A stretch of 20,000 nucleotides of DNA from an uncultured virus (IMG/VR IMGVR_UViG_3300034013_000894) (IMGVR_UViG_3300034013_000894); one strand, 5' to 3'. Shown: positions 1 to 8,580, counted from the stretch's first letter. Made by a program: numbers and translations. The notes: generated by a model not told the origin, from the letters alone.

Positions 1-2
1 AA

Positions 3-629
3 CGCCGCTTTGCCGTGAGTGAGGTCAATACCAAGTTCCGAGGCAACAAGGCATTCTTTGCAGCCCTCCACGAGCAGCTTGAGAATGGTGGATTGCAGGG
101 CTTGCTCTTTGATTTGAAACGTCGCAAGCTCGCCGGCTTCCACCCGCGTGCACGTATCCCGCAGACCTCCGCCCTTGCCAAGCAGAAGCTGCAGAGCCTG
201 GACAACCTCGATGCCTGGTGGTATGAAAGCCTGAGCCGTGGTAACCTTGGTGATGTGGACCCTGCTGTCGGTGAGTGGGACAGCAAGGACGGCACGGGCA
301 TTTGCGTGTTCTTCACTGAAGACCTGCAACGTGGTCTGGAAGAATATCTCCGCAAGCTCGGTGACCGCCACCTGGCTCGCCGTTCGACCCAAACGGTCAT
401 TGGTGATCGCTTGAAGAAGCGTCTCGGGTCGAGTGTCCGGCATGTCCGCCTGGCTGTGCCGTCCGATAGGATGGACATCAAGGCGGATAGCTCCGGCCGG
501 GCTTATGGCTACAAGATACCGAGCCTGCAAGAATGCCGCGCCATGTTCGAAAGCCAGCTGGGCTCGAAGCTTCCTTGGACCATAGATGCGGAGGACATTG
601 ACCCCGTGCTGGACGTGGAGGAACTCTGA
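3..629 (+). CDS. Primase-helicase (SF3/D5-type, NrS-1-like helicase), C-terminal part; 5' end outside window
   Basis: Frame open from base 3: RRFAVSEV (arginine-finger-like RRF), then KAFFAALHEQLENGGLQGLLFDL...IPQTSALAKQKLQSL...WW, the tail typical of phage primase-helicases. Confidence 0.75.
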   Translation, partial: RRFAVSEVNTKFRGNKAFFAALHEQLENGGLQGLLFDLKRRKLAGFHPRARIPQTSALAKQKLQSLDNLDAWWYESLSRGNLGDVDPAVGEWDSKDGTGICVFFTEDLQRGLEEYLRKLGDRHLARRSTQTVIGDRLKKRLGSSVRHVRLAVPSDRMDIKADSSGRAYGYKIPSLQECRAMFESQLGSKLPWTIDAEDIDPVLDVEEL

Positions 630-682
630 TGCGCTGGCTATGGCGAGTGTTCTGGCGCTGCATGGGCCACGGCGAATGGTGA
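629..682 (+). CDS. Possible 17-aa micro-ORF MRWLWRVFWRCMGHGEW
   Basis: ATG overlaps the helicase stop (TGATG 627-631); its TGA (680-682) overlaps the start of the next gene (ATG 676). Confidence 0.3.
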   Translation: MRWLWRVFWRCMGHGEW

Positions 683-1035
683 AGCATGGCTGCTTCCCCT
701 ATCTGGAGTGCAGCAGCCGAGGAGACACCCGCTTCAGTCCATTCTTTGCAAGGATCAAGGCCCGCGGAGATGCCTCAATTGAGGAGCTCTATCAGGGCGC
801 CAAGGTCTTTAAGGGCGGGGCGACAGGTCAACACTGGCGCAAAGCCAAGGGACGACGCGCCATCAACCAGGATGAGTGTGACGTGCTTTACCGTCAGCTG
901 TGGGATGAATACATAGCTGAGAACCCTGAGCTGCTCAAGGTTCTGCTTGCGGCTACTGGCGTGTCTGATGGATTTGGTAAGCCTGGTGATAACTGCCAGG
1001 CTAATGAGCTGTGGGCTATAAGGGCATTGGCATGA
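676..1035 (+). CDS. Phage protein, putative NADAR-like (ADP-ribosylhydrolase fold), 119 aa
   Basis: LECSSRGDTRFSPF...SIEELYQGAKVF resembles the NADAR-type S(V/I)E-x-x-(Y/F)Q-x-x-K motif; start moved to ATG 676; ATGA overlap with next gene. Confidence 0.45.
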   Translation: MVKHGCFPYLECSSRGDTRFSPFFARIKARGDASIEELYQGAKVFKGGATGQHWRKAKGRRAINQDECDVLYRQLWDEYIAENPELLKVLLAATGVSDGFGKPGDNCQANELWAIRALA

Positions 1036-1556
1036 AAGCGACGATCATTGTTGGAGAGCCCTGCACGGGCAAGAGCACTCTCATGAAGGCTTTCCTAGCC
1101 TCGGGTGATTTCCACTATCGCAATGACCAGCGCTTGCCTCGTCACGAGGACCCTCTCGACGGAGTTGTGGTATTCGGTCGCTATGACGAGGAGCACCAGT
1201 TCCCCGGCACCGATCGATTGTCCATGAGCATCAAGCCCATAGCCATGGAACATGCCTGGGTCTACGGCCACAAAGGGTGGCATGTTGTGTGGGAGGGTGC
1301 CCGGCTTGGCCATGGCAAGACCATCCGCGAAATGCAAGATATGGGCTTTGATGTGCGCCTAGGGGTCACCATAACGGATGGCCCGGAGCTTATGACCCGA
1401 CGCGCACTCGAGCGGTCTCAGCCCGAGGCGATGTTAAAGCGCCAAGGAACAGCTGTGAAGAACCTGGTAGAGCAATTTGCCTCTATCGTGACGCTGCTCC
1501 GGTGCGATACTTTGGACGATATTGCTCGTAATGTGGAGTGGATGCGTGGCACGTGA
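1032..1556 (+). CDS. P-loop nucleotide kinase resembling the Ploopntkinase3 clade of phage DNA base-modification kinases
   Basis: N-terminal Walker A IIVGEPCTGKST, then GRY...FPGTDRLSMS, WEGARL and a C-terminal R-x3-R lid-like motif; ATG 1032 in an ATGA overlap. Confidence 0.7.
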   Translation: MKATIIVGEPCTGKSTLMKAFLASGDFHYRNDQRLPRHEDPLDGVVVFGRYDEEHQFPGTDRLSMSIKPIAMEHAWVYGHKGWHVVWEGARLGHGKTIREMQDMGFDVRLGVTITDGPELMTRRALERSQPEAMLKRQGTAVKNLVEQFASIVTLLRCDTLDDIARNVEWMRGT

Positions 1557-1959
1557 TCTTGAAGCGGCCCGCATAGCTTGTCGTAAGTGGCGGGCCAACA
1601 ACCCTGATACTGCTAAAGCCGCTTCTCGCAAAGGAGATAAGCGTTGGCGAGCTAATAATCCAGTAAAGAGCTTATATCGGGGCCTCGTTTCAAGTTCAAG
1701 GAAGCGGGGTCATATACTATTGCTGACTTTGGATCAACTCACCGAACTAGTTGCACCCATGCGTTGCGCCATGACGGATCGCTCGCTTATCTGGGGCGCT
1801 GGTGATTGGGCTCCTTCGATAGACCGCATAGATAACTCAAAGGGTTACGAGCTCGGTAATGTCCGGCTAGTAGCCTGGATCATCAACCGAGCTCGCAATG
1901 ACGGAACTGATGAGGCCCTGCTTGATATGGCTAGGGCCTTAGTAGCCAAGCACGGCTAG
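1546..1959 (+). CDS. HNH-like (His-Me finger) endonuclease, homing-endonuclease type
   Basis: PSIDRIDNSKGYELGNVRLVAWIIN motif; basic N-terminus with repeated (K/R)WRANNP; GGAG at 1535-1538 ahead of GTG 1546. Confidence 0.7.
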   Translation: MARDLEAARIACRKWRANNPDTAKAASRKGDKRWRANNPVKSLYRGLVSSSRKRGHILLLTLDQLTELVAPMRCAMTDRSLIWGAGDWAPSIDRIDNSKGYELGNVRLVAWIINRARNDGTDEALLDMARALVAKHG

Positions 1960-3113
1960 TCTGTCCTTCCGTCTTTGCCATGCCAATCAATAGCCACGGC
2001 TACCCGCGGCACGGCCCCTTCGGGTGGAGGCATGTAACGCACAGTGGCGCTTTCATACTCGCACTCGCCGAGAACCCAATCGTCGAAAAGCTTCTTGCAG
2101 AACCCGTCGCGATCGCCACGAAGACCTGAGCCGAACTCGCGGCCATCATGCCACTCGAACACGATGCGCTTGGCCCTGCCCTTCCAGTCGCCTTCGCCTT
2201 CTTCGATCCGCTTGATGCGGAACTCCGCAGTCTCGAACTGCTTGCGCTTGAGCAGGTCCCACGGCCGTTTGCCGTATTGGTAGAGGGCTGACTTGCGTCG
2301 ATACATCATCCCCTCATACCCTTCCTGCAGCCAGCGCTCATAGAGCTCGTCTGCCCGCTCCTCGCTCGAGCAGTCCCAGGTATCCACATAGAAGAGCAAG
2401 GGATGGACCTCATGGACCAGCTCTACCAGCTCACGTGCCCGCTCGTCTTGTTCTCCGGGATGGCTCGGCATGTCATAGACGTGATACTGCATGACAGAGT
2501 GCGCCATGGACAGTTCCTCGACTGTCGGAGGGGTCTTGGCATTCATCCCCTTCCGGATCAGCCCCGAGAGCTCATTGAACCGATCGTGGAACTCATGGTT
2601 GTAGAGCTCGCCGTCGAGCACCAGGTCCGGGTTGGCCTCGAACAGGGAGCGCAAAGCTTCCTCAATCGGGCCGGTGGTCAGGAACTTCTCCCCGCTGCGG
2701 GAGAAGCATCCGTCGGCCTTGGCCAAGCATCGAATGCCATCGAGCTTGGGCTGGAGTATCCATTCCCACGGCATGCCGAACTTCTTGCCAATCTTGTCCC
2801 ACCCCTTGGCAAGCATGGGCTCAAGGTGCCGAGGTCCGGCCATGGCCTCGACCTGGCTGTCGAAATAGTCCGTCTTGAGCTTGTGCTTGTAGAGGGCTTC
2901 AACCTCGGAGGCGCATTGCTCTGAAGGGGACCGCAAGGTGTTGCCCTGCACATTCACCCACCCGGTTGTGACGGTCGCGCCGCCAAGAACCCCGTGATGC
3001 ACACGATAGCGGGCGTTGACGCATTCGCGCTCCACCTGCCAAGTCCGCATGCTTCCGTTCGCGTCCTTTTTGAAGAGGACCTTCATCATGGCCACTGTCA
3101 TGTCTTCCATCAT
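1956..3113 (-). CDS. ATP-dependent DNA ligase
   Basis: Nucleotidyltransferase motifs QPKLDGIR (I), LDGELY (III), YHVYD (IIIa), YEGMMYR (IV), LLKRK (V), plus OB-fold tail; start coupled to the rtcB stop (ATGATG). Confidence 0.95.
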   Translation of the reverse strand: MMEDMTVAMMKVLFKKDANGSMRTWQVERECVNARYRVHHGVLGGATVTTGWVNVQGNTLRSPSEQCASEVEALYKHKLKTDYFDSQVEAMAGPRHLEPMLAKGWDKIGKKFGMPWEWILQPKLDGIRCLAKADGCFSRSGEKFLTTGPIEEALRSLFEANPDLVLDGELYNHEFHDRFNELSGLIRKGMNAKTPPTVEELSMAHSVMQYHVYDMPSHPGEQDERARELVELVHEVHPLLFYVDTWDCSSEERADELYERWLQEGYEGMMYRRKSALYQYGKRPWDLLKRKQFETAEFRIKRIEEGEGDWKGRAKRIVFEWHDGREFGSGLRGDRDGFCKKLFDDWVLGECEYESATVRYMPPPEGAVPRVAVAIDWHGKDGRTD

Positions 3114-4339
3114 CCTTTCACGCATACAACCTGGCGGAGCTCATAGACCACCTCGACGAGGTCAGCCTGTGCAGCCATAACGGCGTCGATCGACTTGTAG
3201 GCTGCGGGCGTCTCATCGATGACGTCCTCATCCTTGCGGCACTCGACCCCTTCAGTGGCCGCAATATGGTCTTCCAGCGTGAACCGCTTGCGCGCTTCAT
3301 TGCGGGACATTGCTCGGCCTGCACCATGGGAGCACGAGCAGAAGCTCTCACGGTTGCCCTTGCCGCGGACGATGAAGGATCGAGCGCCCATGCTGCCGGG
3401 TATGATGCCAAGCTCGCCCTCCTTTGCGGACACCGCACCCTTGCGCGTCACAAGCACATCTGCTCCGAAGTGCCGCTCGTGAGACACGTAGTTGTGGTGA
3501 CAGTTCACCGCTTCCTCGTCAACGGAGAAGGGCTTGGGCACGGCCTTGGCCAAGGCACTCATGGCCGCCCGCATCATGACTTCACGATTGGTGCGGGCAA
3601 AGCGTTGTGCCCACGCTACCGCCTCCATGTAGTCGGCAAAGTGCTCAGTGCCTTCAGGCAGGTAGGCCAGGTCAGCGTCGGGCAGGTTCACAAACCACTT
3701 GCGCATATCCTGCTTCGCCAGTTCGATGAAGTAGGACCCAATGCGGTTGCCAATACCGCGCGAACCAGAGTGCAGCATTATCCACACACGATCCTGCTTA
3801 TCCAGGCATACCTCGACGAAGTGATTGCCCGTGCCAAGGGTGCCGAGATGGTGGACCGCTCGGTCCGCCGCCCGCTCGATCTTGGGATGCTTGTCGACAA
3901 TCCGTCGAAGGCCAGAGTGGAGGCTGGGGACACCACCAGTGAAGAGCCAGTTGCTTTCAGCCGGAAGCTCGCCCCAAGCCCCCCGGTCATTTCGCCCACC
4001 ATTGTCAGTCCGACCATGCGGAATGGCCTCCTCGATTGCCGTCCGCAAGCCGGACAGGTTGTCAGGGAGGTCCGAGGCCGTGAGACTGGTGCGATGAGCC
4101 ATCATGCCGCAGCCAATATCGACGCCAACGGCTGCCGGGATGATCGCCCCTTTGGTGGGGATAACCGAGCCGACCGTAGCACCCATACCCCAATGCACAT
4201 CAGGCATGATGGCCACGTGCTTGTGGATAAAGGGCATGCTCGCGATATTGTCAAGCTGCTGCCGAGCCTGGTCTTCAACGGGCACTCCGTCGACCCAGGC
4301 CTTTATGAGCCCACCCTGGGCCCCTTCAAATACTTGCAT
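3110..4339 (-). CDS. rtcB: RtcB family RNA ligase (3'-phosphate/5'-OH)
   Basis: MPDVH, VGVDIGCG, GTLGTGNHF, LHSGSRG, NCHHNY, TRKGA, IPGSMG, SHGAGR, DETPAAYK motifs all intact; GGAG RBS. Confidence 0.98.
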   Translation of the reverse strand: MQVFEGAQGGLIKAWVDGVPVEDQARQQLDNIASMPFIHKHVAIMPDVHWGMGATVGSVIPTKGAIIPAAVGVDIGCGMMAHRTSLTASDLPDNLSGLRTAIEEAIPHGRTDNGGRNDRGAWGELPAESNWLFTGGVPSLHSGLRRIVDKHPKIERAADRAVHHLGTLGTGNHFVEVCLDKQDRVWIMLHSGSRGIGNRIGSYFIELAKQDMRKWFVNLPDADLAYLPEGTEHFADYMEAVAWAQRFARTNREVMMRAAMSALAKAVPKPFSVDEEAVNCHHNYVSHERHFGADVLVTRKGAVSAKEGELGIIPGSMGARSFIVRGKGNRESFCSCSHGAGRAMSRNEARKRFTLEDHIAATEGVECRKDEDVIDETPAAYKSIDAVMAAQADLVEVVYELRQVVCVKG

Positions 4340-4353
4340 TGTCTCGTCTCCTT

Positions 4354-4893
4354 TCAGTTGCTCAAGGCCCAGCCCGGAGGCGAAGCAGGGAAAGCCCAGC
4401 GCGGACGCAAATGCACACGCGGGTCACGTTGCTGGATTTCCCAGCGAGTGGTGAGGTAGAGGCGGTAAGCCAGATGTGGGTCAGCAATATGGCGGAAGTC
4501 AACATTGTCACGTTGCTGGCGAGTAGCATTGACGAAGTCAGTTGCAAGGGTATAGTCACCGCCAAGCAGACCAGAGATGCGACGACAATTGGCCAGCACA
4601 TCGCGGGTGCGGATAAACTTGCCGACGGACAGCTCACGCCGATCGAGTTCAGTTTCAAGTGCCAAGCCGTGCTGGCAAAGCCAGGCAAAGGCATCAGGCT
4701 GCATGGCCCACGTCCAGAGCGCACGGCCTTGGTTGACGCTTTTGTAAAGATCGCAAACGCTGTCATCAAGGCCTAAAGCCCGGGCTGCTGTGGAAAGTAG
4801 CTGTGCCGTTTCGGTCAGCATTTTGCGGACACGAGCATCATCAAGGATGCGTGCGCATTCAGCAGGGTCGGTGTTGGTGGCAAATATCTGCAT
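4354..4893 (-). CDS. Pyrimidine-dimer DNA glycosylase (T4 endonuclease V/DenV)-like protein
   Basis: N-terminus MQIFATNTDPAECARILDDARVRKMLTETAQLLST matches the MNIF...DP...A..LDD..V.KM..E.AQLLST pattern; C-terminal AYRLY...W; GGGAG RBS before ATG 4893. Confidence 0.65.
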   Translation of the reverse strand: MQIFATNTDPAECARILDDARVRKMLTETAQLLSTAARALGLDDSVCDLYKSVNQGRALWTWAMQPDAFAWLCQHGLALETELDRRELSVGKFIRTRDVLANCRRISGLLGGDYTLATDFVNATRQQRDNVDFRHIADPHLAYRLYLTTRWEIQQRDPRVHLRPRWAFPASPPGWALSN

Positions 4894-4928
4894 GTGTTGG
4901 AGGCTCCCGTCTCGCTTCAAGATAGTTC

Positions 4929-4957
4929 ATTATACCATCCTTTCAAACAAAAGTAAA
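4929..4957 (-). promoter_or_regulatory. Sigma70-type promoter for the glycosylase-rtcB-ligase operon
   Basis: Minus strand TTTACT-N17-TATAAT with extended -10 TGg. Confidence 0.8.
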
Positions 4958-4988
4958 TGGCCCTTGGTCAAAAACCAAGAGCCATTTT
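4948..4988 (-). terminator. Intrinsic terminator whose U-tract overlaps the -35 of the next promoter
   Basis: Minus strand TGGCTCTTGGT-TTTTG-ACCAAGGGCCA (one G:U pair) followed by TTTACTTTT. Confidence 0.7.
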
Positions 4989-5016
4989 GACGGGTTGAAT
5001 TATTTTGTTGGTCTGT

Positions 5017-5379
5017 TCAGCCAGACAGCTCAGGCGGCTCGTCCCGAAGGGCCGCAACCTGTTCTGTCGACATGGCCACCCAGGCGCCGGTCAGATGCTG
5101 CTTGGTATCAGGCCGGTTCAGGAGGTGCACGCCTTCACCCAGGTTTTCGTGATAAAGGTATCGCTCCCCATCATCAGAGACCTTCTTGTCTCCCTTGATC
5201 CAGGCATGCCGCAAGAAGGTGGGGTCATCCACAGTGTAGAAGTCCACATAGCTTGCATCCTCGGTGTCATAATCAAAGCCGATTGGCTCAATGGCGTAGG
5301 TGCCATCACCCCGCAGGCCTGTAACCCGCGCTGTCACGGCGACCACATCGCCGATCCTGATTTCTTGTTTGTTGTCCAT
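5017..5379 (-). CDS. Hypothetical protein, 120 aa
   Basis: TAATG coupling to upstream gene; acidic ORF in a coupled chain. Confidence 0.75.
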   Translation of the reverse strand: MDNKQEIRIGDVVAVTARVTGLRGDGTYAIEPIGFDYDTEDASYVDFYTVDDPTFLRHAWIKGDKKVSDDGERYLYHENLGEGVHLLNRPDTKQHLTGAWVAMSTEQVAALRDEPPELSG

Positions 5380-5717
5380 TATCCCACCTTTCTATACTCT
5401 GCCGGGTAACCGGGTTGCTTGCGCTTCTCCAGTTCACCCATACTCGCCAGTCGGCTTAAACAGGCGGCCGCATTGCGAACATTGCGGCCTGACCTCTCGG
5501 CCAAGGCCTGGGCACTTACCCAGTCCTCTGCCATATCGCGGGCCACGGCAGTAATCCCGCCGTCTGCACCTGGCCGCCAATTACCTGTTGGAGTGCCGGG
5601 CTCTTCGCCTAAGGCAATGGCTGCTTCCAGGTTGTCCGCTCTGTCAAGCATGGCCTGACCTTTGGCCATCAGCCTGCGACCTTCGCGGCGCAGCCATTGG
5701 GGATCATGCTCGCTCAT
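5379..5717 (-). CDS. Hypothetical protein with probable C-terminal winged-helix DNA-binding domain
   Basis: VSAQALAERSGRNVRNAAACLSRLASMGELEK...AEYRK is wHTH-like; start moved to ATG 5717 (ATGA overlap). Confidence 0.6.
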   Translation of the reverse strand: MSEHDPQWLRREGRRLMAKGQAMLDRADNLEAAIALGEEPGTPTGNWRPGADGGITAVARDMAEDWVSAQALAERSGRNVRNAAACLSRLASMGELEKRKQPGYPAEYRKVG

Positions 5718-5848
5718 GCAGGCGCCAGTCCCGCCGTGCACTGTGCAAGGCTCAAGACCTGCATTGCCACGATCAACCACATAAACACCCTCTCTCCCCA
5801 CGACATGGGTAAAGCTGGCATTCGGTCTTCAAAATCGATCATCGCCAT
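5714..5848 (-). CDS. Small hydrophobic protein, 44 aa (not in ORF track)
   Basis: MAMIDFEDRMPALPMSWGERVFMWLIVAMQVLSLAQCTAGLAPA; AAGGAG RBS; stop overlaps next ATG. Confidence 0.55.
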   Translation of the reverse strand: MAMIDFEDRMPALPMSWGERVFMWLIVAMQVLSLAQCTAGLAPA

Positions 5849-5982
5849 GCTCTTCTCTCCTTCCGACCTTGTCGGGTTGCGGCGCAAGCCTTGCTAATCC
5901 GGGCGAGGCGCCTTTGTTCGTCCCACGCTGCGATGTGCGCAAAGTGGTATCCATCGAAGTATGACGCCTCGCTGTAGATCAT
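5839..5982 (-). CDS. Small basic protein, 47 aa (not in ORF track)
   Basis: MIYSEASYFDGYHFAHIAAWDEQRRLARISKACAATRQGRKERRAWR; ATGA overlaps at both ends. Confidence 0.55.
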   Translation of the reverse strand: MIYSEASYFDGYHFAHIAAWDEQRRLARISKACAATRQGRKERRAWR

Positions 5983-6386
5983 GCAGCCATTCTCCGGCCA
6001 AGGCGCTCGGCCGTTCCAGGACCAGGCACCACGCCCTTCTGCCGCAGGTGATCCATGACCGCTTGGAAGGTCATTGTCTTGTCCCAGCCGGCCCGCTTCA
6101 CCGCTTCGCCTTGCAGACGAATTGCTTCGCGGCGTAGGGCTTCGGCCTTGTCGACCGCATCCTGATGCGCATCATAGGCATCCTGCGCAAGCTTGATGAC
6201 TGACTGAGCATCCTCAAGTGTGCGGAAAGCATGAACCATATCATCCGCGCGGCGGTGGGTAGGGTTGCCATGAACAGCATCCCGCCCGTAGAGCTGACCA
6301 CCCTTGACCGACGTCACGGCCATCAGGCTGTCCAAGGTGGGCCGGCCATATCGCCGGCCAAGGACATAGAACAGTGCGGGCTTCAT
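5979..6386 (-). CDS. Hypothetical protein, 135 aa
   Basis: ATGA-coupled, GAGG-containing RBS. Confidence 0.75.
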   Translation of the reverse strand: MKPALFYVLGRRYGRPTLDSLMAVTSVKGGQLYGRDAVHGNPTHRRADDMVHAFRTLEDAQSVIKLAQDAYDAHQDAVDKAEALRREAIRLQGEAVKRAGWDKTMTFQAVMDHLRQKGVVPGPGTAERLGRRMAA

Positions 6387-6652
6387 GCGTCTTCCTCCTT
6401 GCCGAAGAGCATCTCCAGGATGACCTGCATTTGCTGGGCTGTATTGTCAGCATGCTCCTGCGTGATGCCTTCAAAGGCCTGGTCCATATCTTCCTGGCTT
6501 TCGTAGGTGAAGGCCATAATTCCCAGCTGTTCGCGGTAGTCTTCACCCTGCGCTATTAGCACCCACTGGTCGTCATACTCATCGCTCATACCCTCGCGGG
6601 TGATGAGCAGCTGCCCATGCGGCGTGGTGAACAACTTGGCAAACTCGGTCAT
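6383..6652 (-). CDS. Hypothetical acidic protein, 89 aa
   Basis: ATGA-coupled, GGGAGG RBS. Confidence 0.75.
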   Translation of the reverse strand: MTEFAKLFTTPHGQLLITREGMSDEYDDQWVLIAQGEDYREQLGIMAFTYESQEDMDQAFEGITQEHADNTAQQMQVILEMLFGKEEDA

Positions 6653-6918
6653 TGCAAGGCCTCCCTTCTTTTGCGTCCGAGCTCCGTGAGGTGGGCGCGG
6701 AACAGTCCATCATACTCGTCGATCCACACGCGAACCAGACCGGCTTTTTGGGCATCCGCCAAGGTGCCATAGGCTCGCATTGGGTTCTGATCAAAGTCCG
6801 CCATGGCATTGCATGGCCGGCCTTCGAAGTGAGGGCCTTTCCATCCCACAACCAGGGCATCAAGCCGGGCTGCTCGGGCGGTGTGGGCACTCAGGTCAAA
6901 CTTGGGCATATTGTTCAT
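6649..6918 (-). CDS. Hypothetical protein, 89 aa
   Basis: ATGA-coupled, GGAG RBS. Confidence 0.7.
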   Translation of the reverse strand: MNNMPKFDLSAHTARAARLDALVVGWKGPHFEGRPCNAMADFDQNPMRAYGTLADAQKAGLVRVWIDEYDGLFRAHLTELGRKRREALQ

Positions 6919-7319
6919 CGATCAAACTCCGTGCAGAGGACGACCGCTGGCTGCTTACCGCCCTTCATTTTCACGGCTCGGACAGGAAGCTCAGTCCCAT
7001 CTTTGAGCCGCACCATTACTGCTACCCCTCGAGGCTTGCCCAGCATATTGTGGGCAGTTTGCATGGCTTGCAATGTTTCGTTAATTCCCATGGGTTTTCT
7101 TTCTAAGGTTGGTATTGGAGCCAACATAGCATTGACCCAGGCAATATCTTCTTCAGTAGCTTCGCGGACTCGATTGACTGTCTCAATACGGCCAATGTCT
7201 TGTTGAGCTTCTGCTTTAGCCCCTTCTGCGGTAATCGCTGTATAAAGCGCGCACCCACGAGAAGTATCGACATAAAAGGTTTTGAGCATGCCTTCAAGTT
7301 GTTGTCTACGAACACCCAT
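6915..7319 (-). CDS. Hypothetical protein (start uncertain; possible internal start at 7091)
   Basis: ATG 7319 directly follows the ATPase stop; 3' end ATGA-coupled to the next gene. Confidence 0.6.
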   Translation of the reverse strand: MGVRRQQLEGMLKTFYVDTSRGCALYTAITAEGAKAEAQQDIGRIETVNRVREATEEDIAWVNAMLAPIPTLERKPMGINETLQAMQTAHNMLGKPRGVAVMVRLKDGTELPVRAVKMKGGKQPAVVLCTEFDR

Positions 7320-7320
7320 A

Positions 7321-8535
7321 TCAGTAGGTTTTCGTCTTGGTGGCAATCACGTCTTCCTGCCACTCATTGTCATCGACCGAGGCGATGCGACGATTGCCAG
7401 TAGGTTCGCCATCTTCATCCAGCATGGCATCACGCAAAGGGTCTTCAGGCTTCCAATAAGGTTCACCACCAAACATGGGAACATACTCAGTTTCCCACAC
7501 GCATGCGTCTTTGTAGACGTCGCAGACCTGGCCAACAAGGCGGAGGCTGAGGTTGTAAAACTTGTGGCGATTGCAGTCGATCCAGTCAAGAACCTTGTCG
7601 CCATGCTCGGGAGGTAGACCAAACTGCTTTTCAATCATGCCGCCTGTGCCACCCGCAACCTGGCGGATGCGGATCATGAAGTCACGCTCACTGCGCAAGG
7701 TAAGGCACAGATAGTTGCTGCGATCGATGAGAGCCTTAAAGTGCTCAGCATCTTTTGTGCCACGGGCAATAACCCCTTCAAAGTCAATGTTGGTCAAGAA
7801 AATTACACTGCCTTGGAACAGAAAGGATCGTGCTATACCATAGTCTTCAAGCCACCGGGCTTCTTTGCGCCAACTAATGCGGCGATGGTCAAGCTCAGTG
7901 TCAAGAGCAGCTTTAAGGAGGTTCAGCGCATCAGGATCGTGGAAAACTGCATCACAATCATCTAGCACCAATACTCCGCCTTTGCGCATATACCAGAGAG
8001 CCTGGTAAAGGCCAACAGCTGTAATGCTACCAGAGATGCTGTCGTAAACTCCGGATATGCCTGCAGACTTGCAGTATTCAATAGGGTCATCCCCGAACCC
8101 TTGCCTGGCTTCAATTTCCACAAAGTTTGTCCGACCACTTTCTTCAAGATCGCGACGAACTTGGTAGGACTTGCCAAGGCCAGGAGGACCAGAGCAGATG
8201 AGACCGGCCGTGCCGCCTTTGAGAATAACCTTACGGCTATGGCGGGCATAAGCGGAGTAACGAACCGTGATGCGGGTCGCAGCTTCTTCATCTGTTTCTT
8301 CGGGGAGGTCAGGTGGCAGGTTCGCCAAGAGGAAGCTGGTTGGAGCATGCCCGCGGGCTGAGGCTTGGCTTAAAGAGCCTGTGCCATTTTTGAGCCGCGA
8401 CAATACACTGCTAACGCTGGCCGCAGAGGTGCTTGCCCCAGGAACAGTGCGACATACAAACTCCGCAATTTCTTGGTTATTGGCATTGGGGTTCTTCGAC
8501 TTATAGTCGATGATTGCTTGGGTAACTGGACTCAT
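7321..8535 (-). CDS. Phage AAA+ ATPase with N-terminal helical (HTH-like) domain
   Basis: Walker A GPPGLGKS, Walker B VLVLDDCD, sensor IFLTN, arginine finger ALIDRS; AAGGAGG RBS; N-terminal ~50 aa similar to domains in 9554-10174 and 13493-13789. Confidence 0.88.
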   Translation of the reverse strand: MSPVTQAIIDYKSKNPNANNQEIAEFVCRTVPGASTSAASVSSVLSRLKNGTGSLSQASARGHAPTSFLLANLPPDLPEETDEEAATRITVRYSAYARHSRKVILKGGTAGLICSGPPGLGKSYQVRRDLEESGRTNFVEIEARQGFGDDPIEYCKSAGISGVYDSISGSITAVGLYQALWYMRKGGVLVLDDCDAVFHDPDALNLLKAALDTELDHRRISWRKEARWLEDYGIARSFLFQGSVIFLTNIDFEGVIARGTKDAEHFKALIDRSNYLCLTLRSERDFMIRIRQVAGGTGGMIEKQFGLPPEHGDKVLDWIDCNRHKFYNLSLRLVGQVCDVYKDACVWETEYVPMFGGEPYWKPEDPLRDAMLDEDGEPTGNRRIASVDDNEWQEDVIATKTKTY

Positions 8536-8580
8536 AACTTGCCTCCTTATCTGGTATCAGATTTCCCGTCTGATGTAATC

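Noticed and set aside
3266..4459. 397-aa + strand ORF
   Set aside because: Antisense shadow of rtcB caused by GC-rich codon bias; no recognisable motifs
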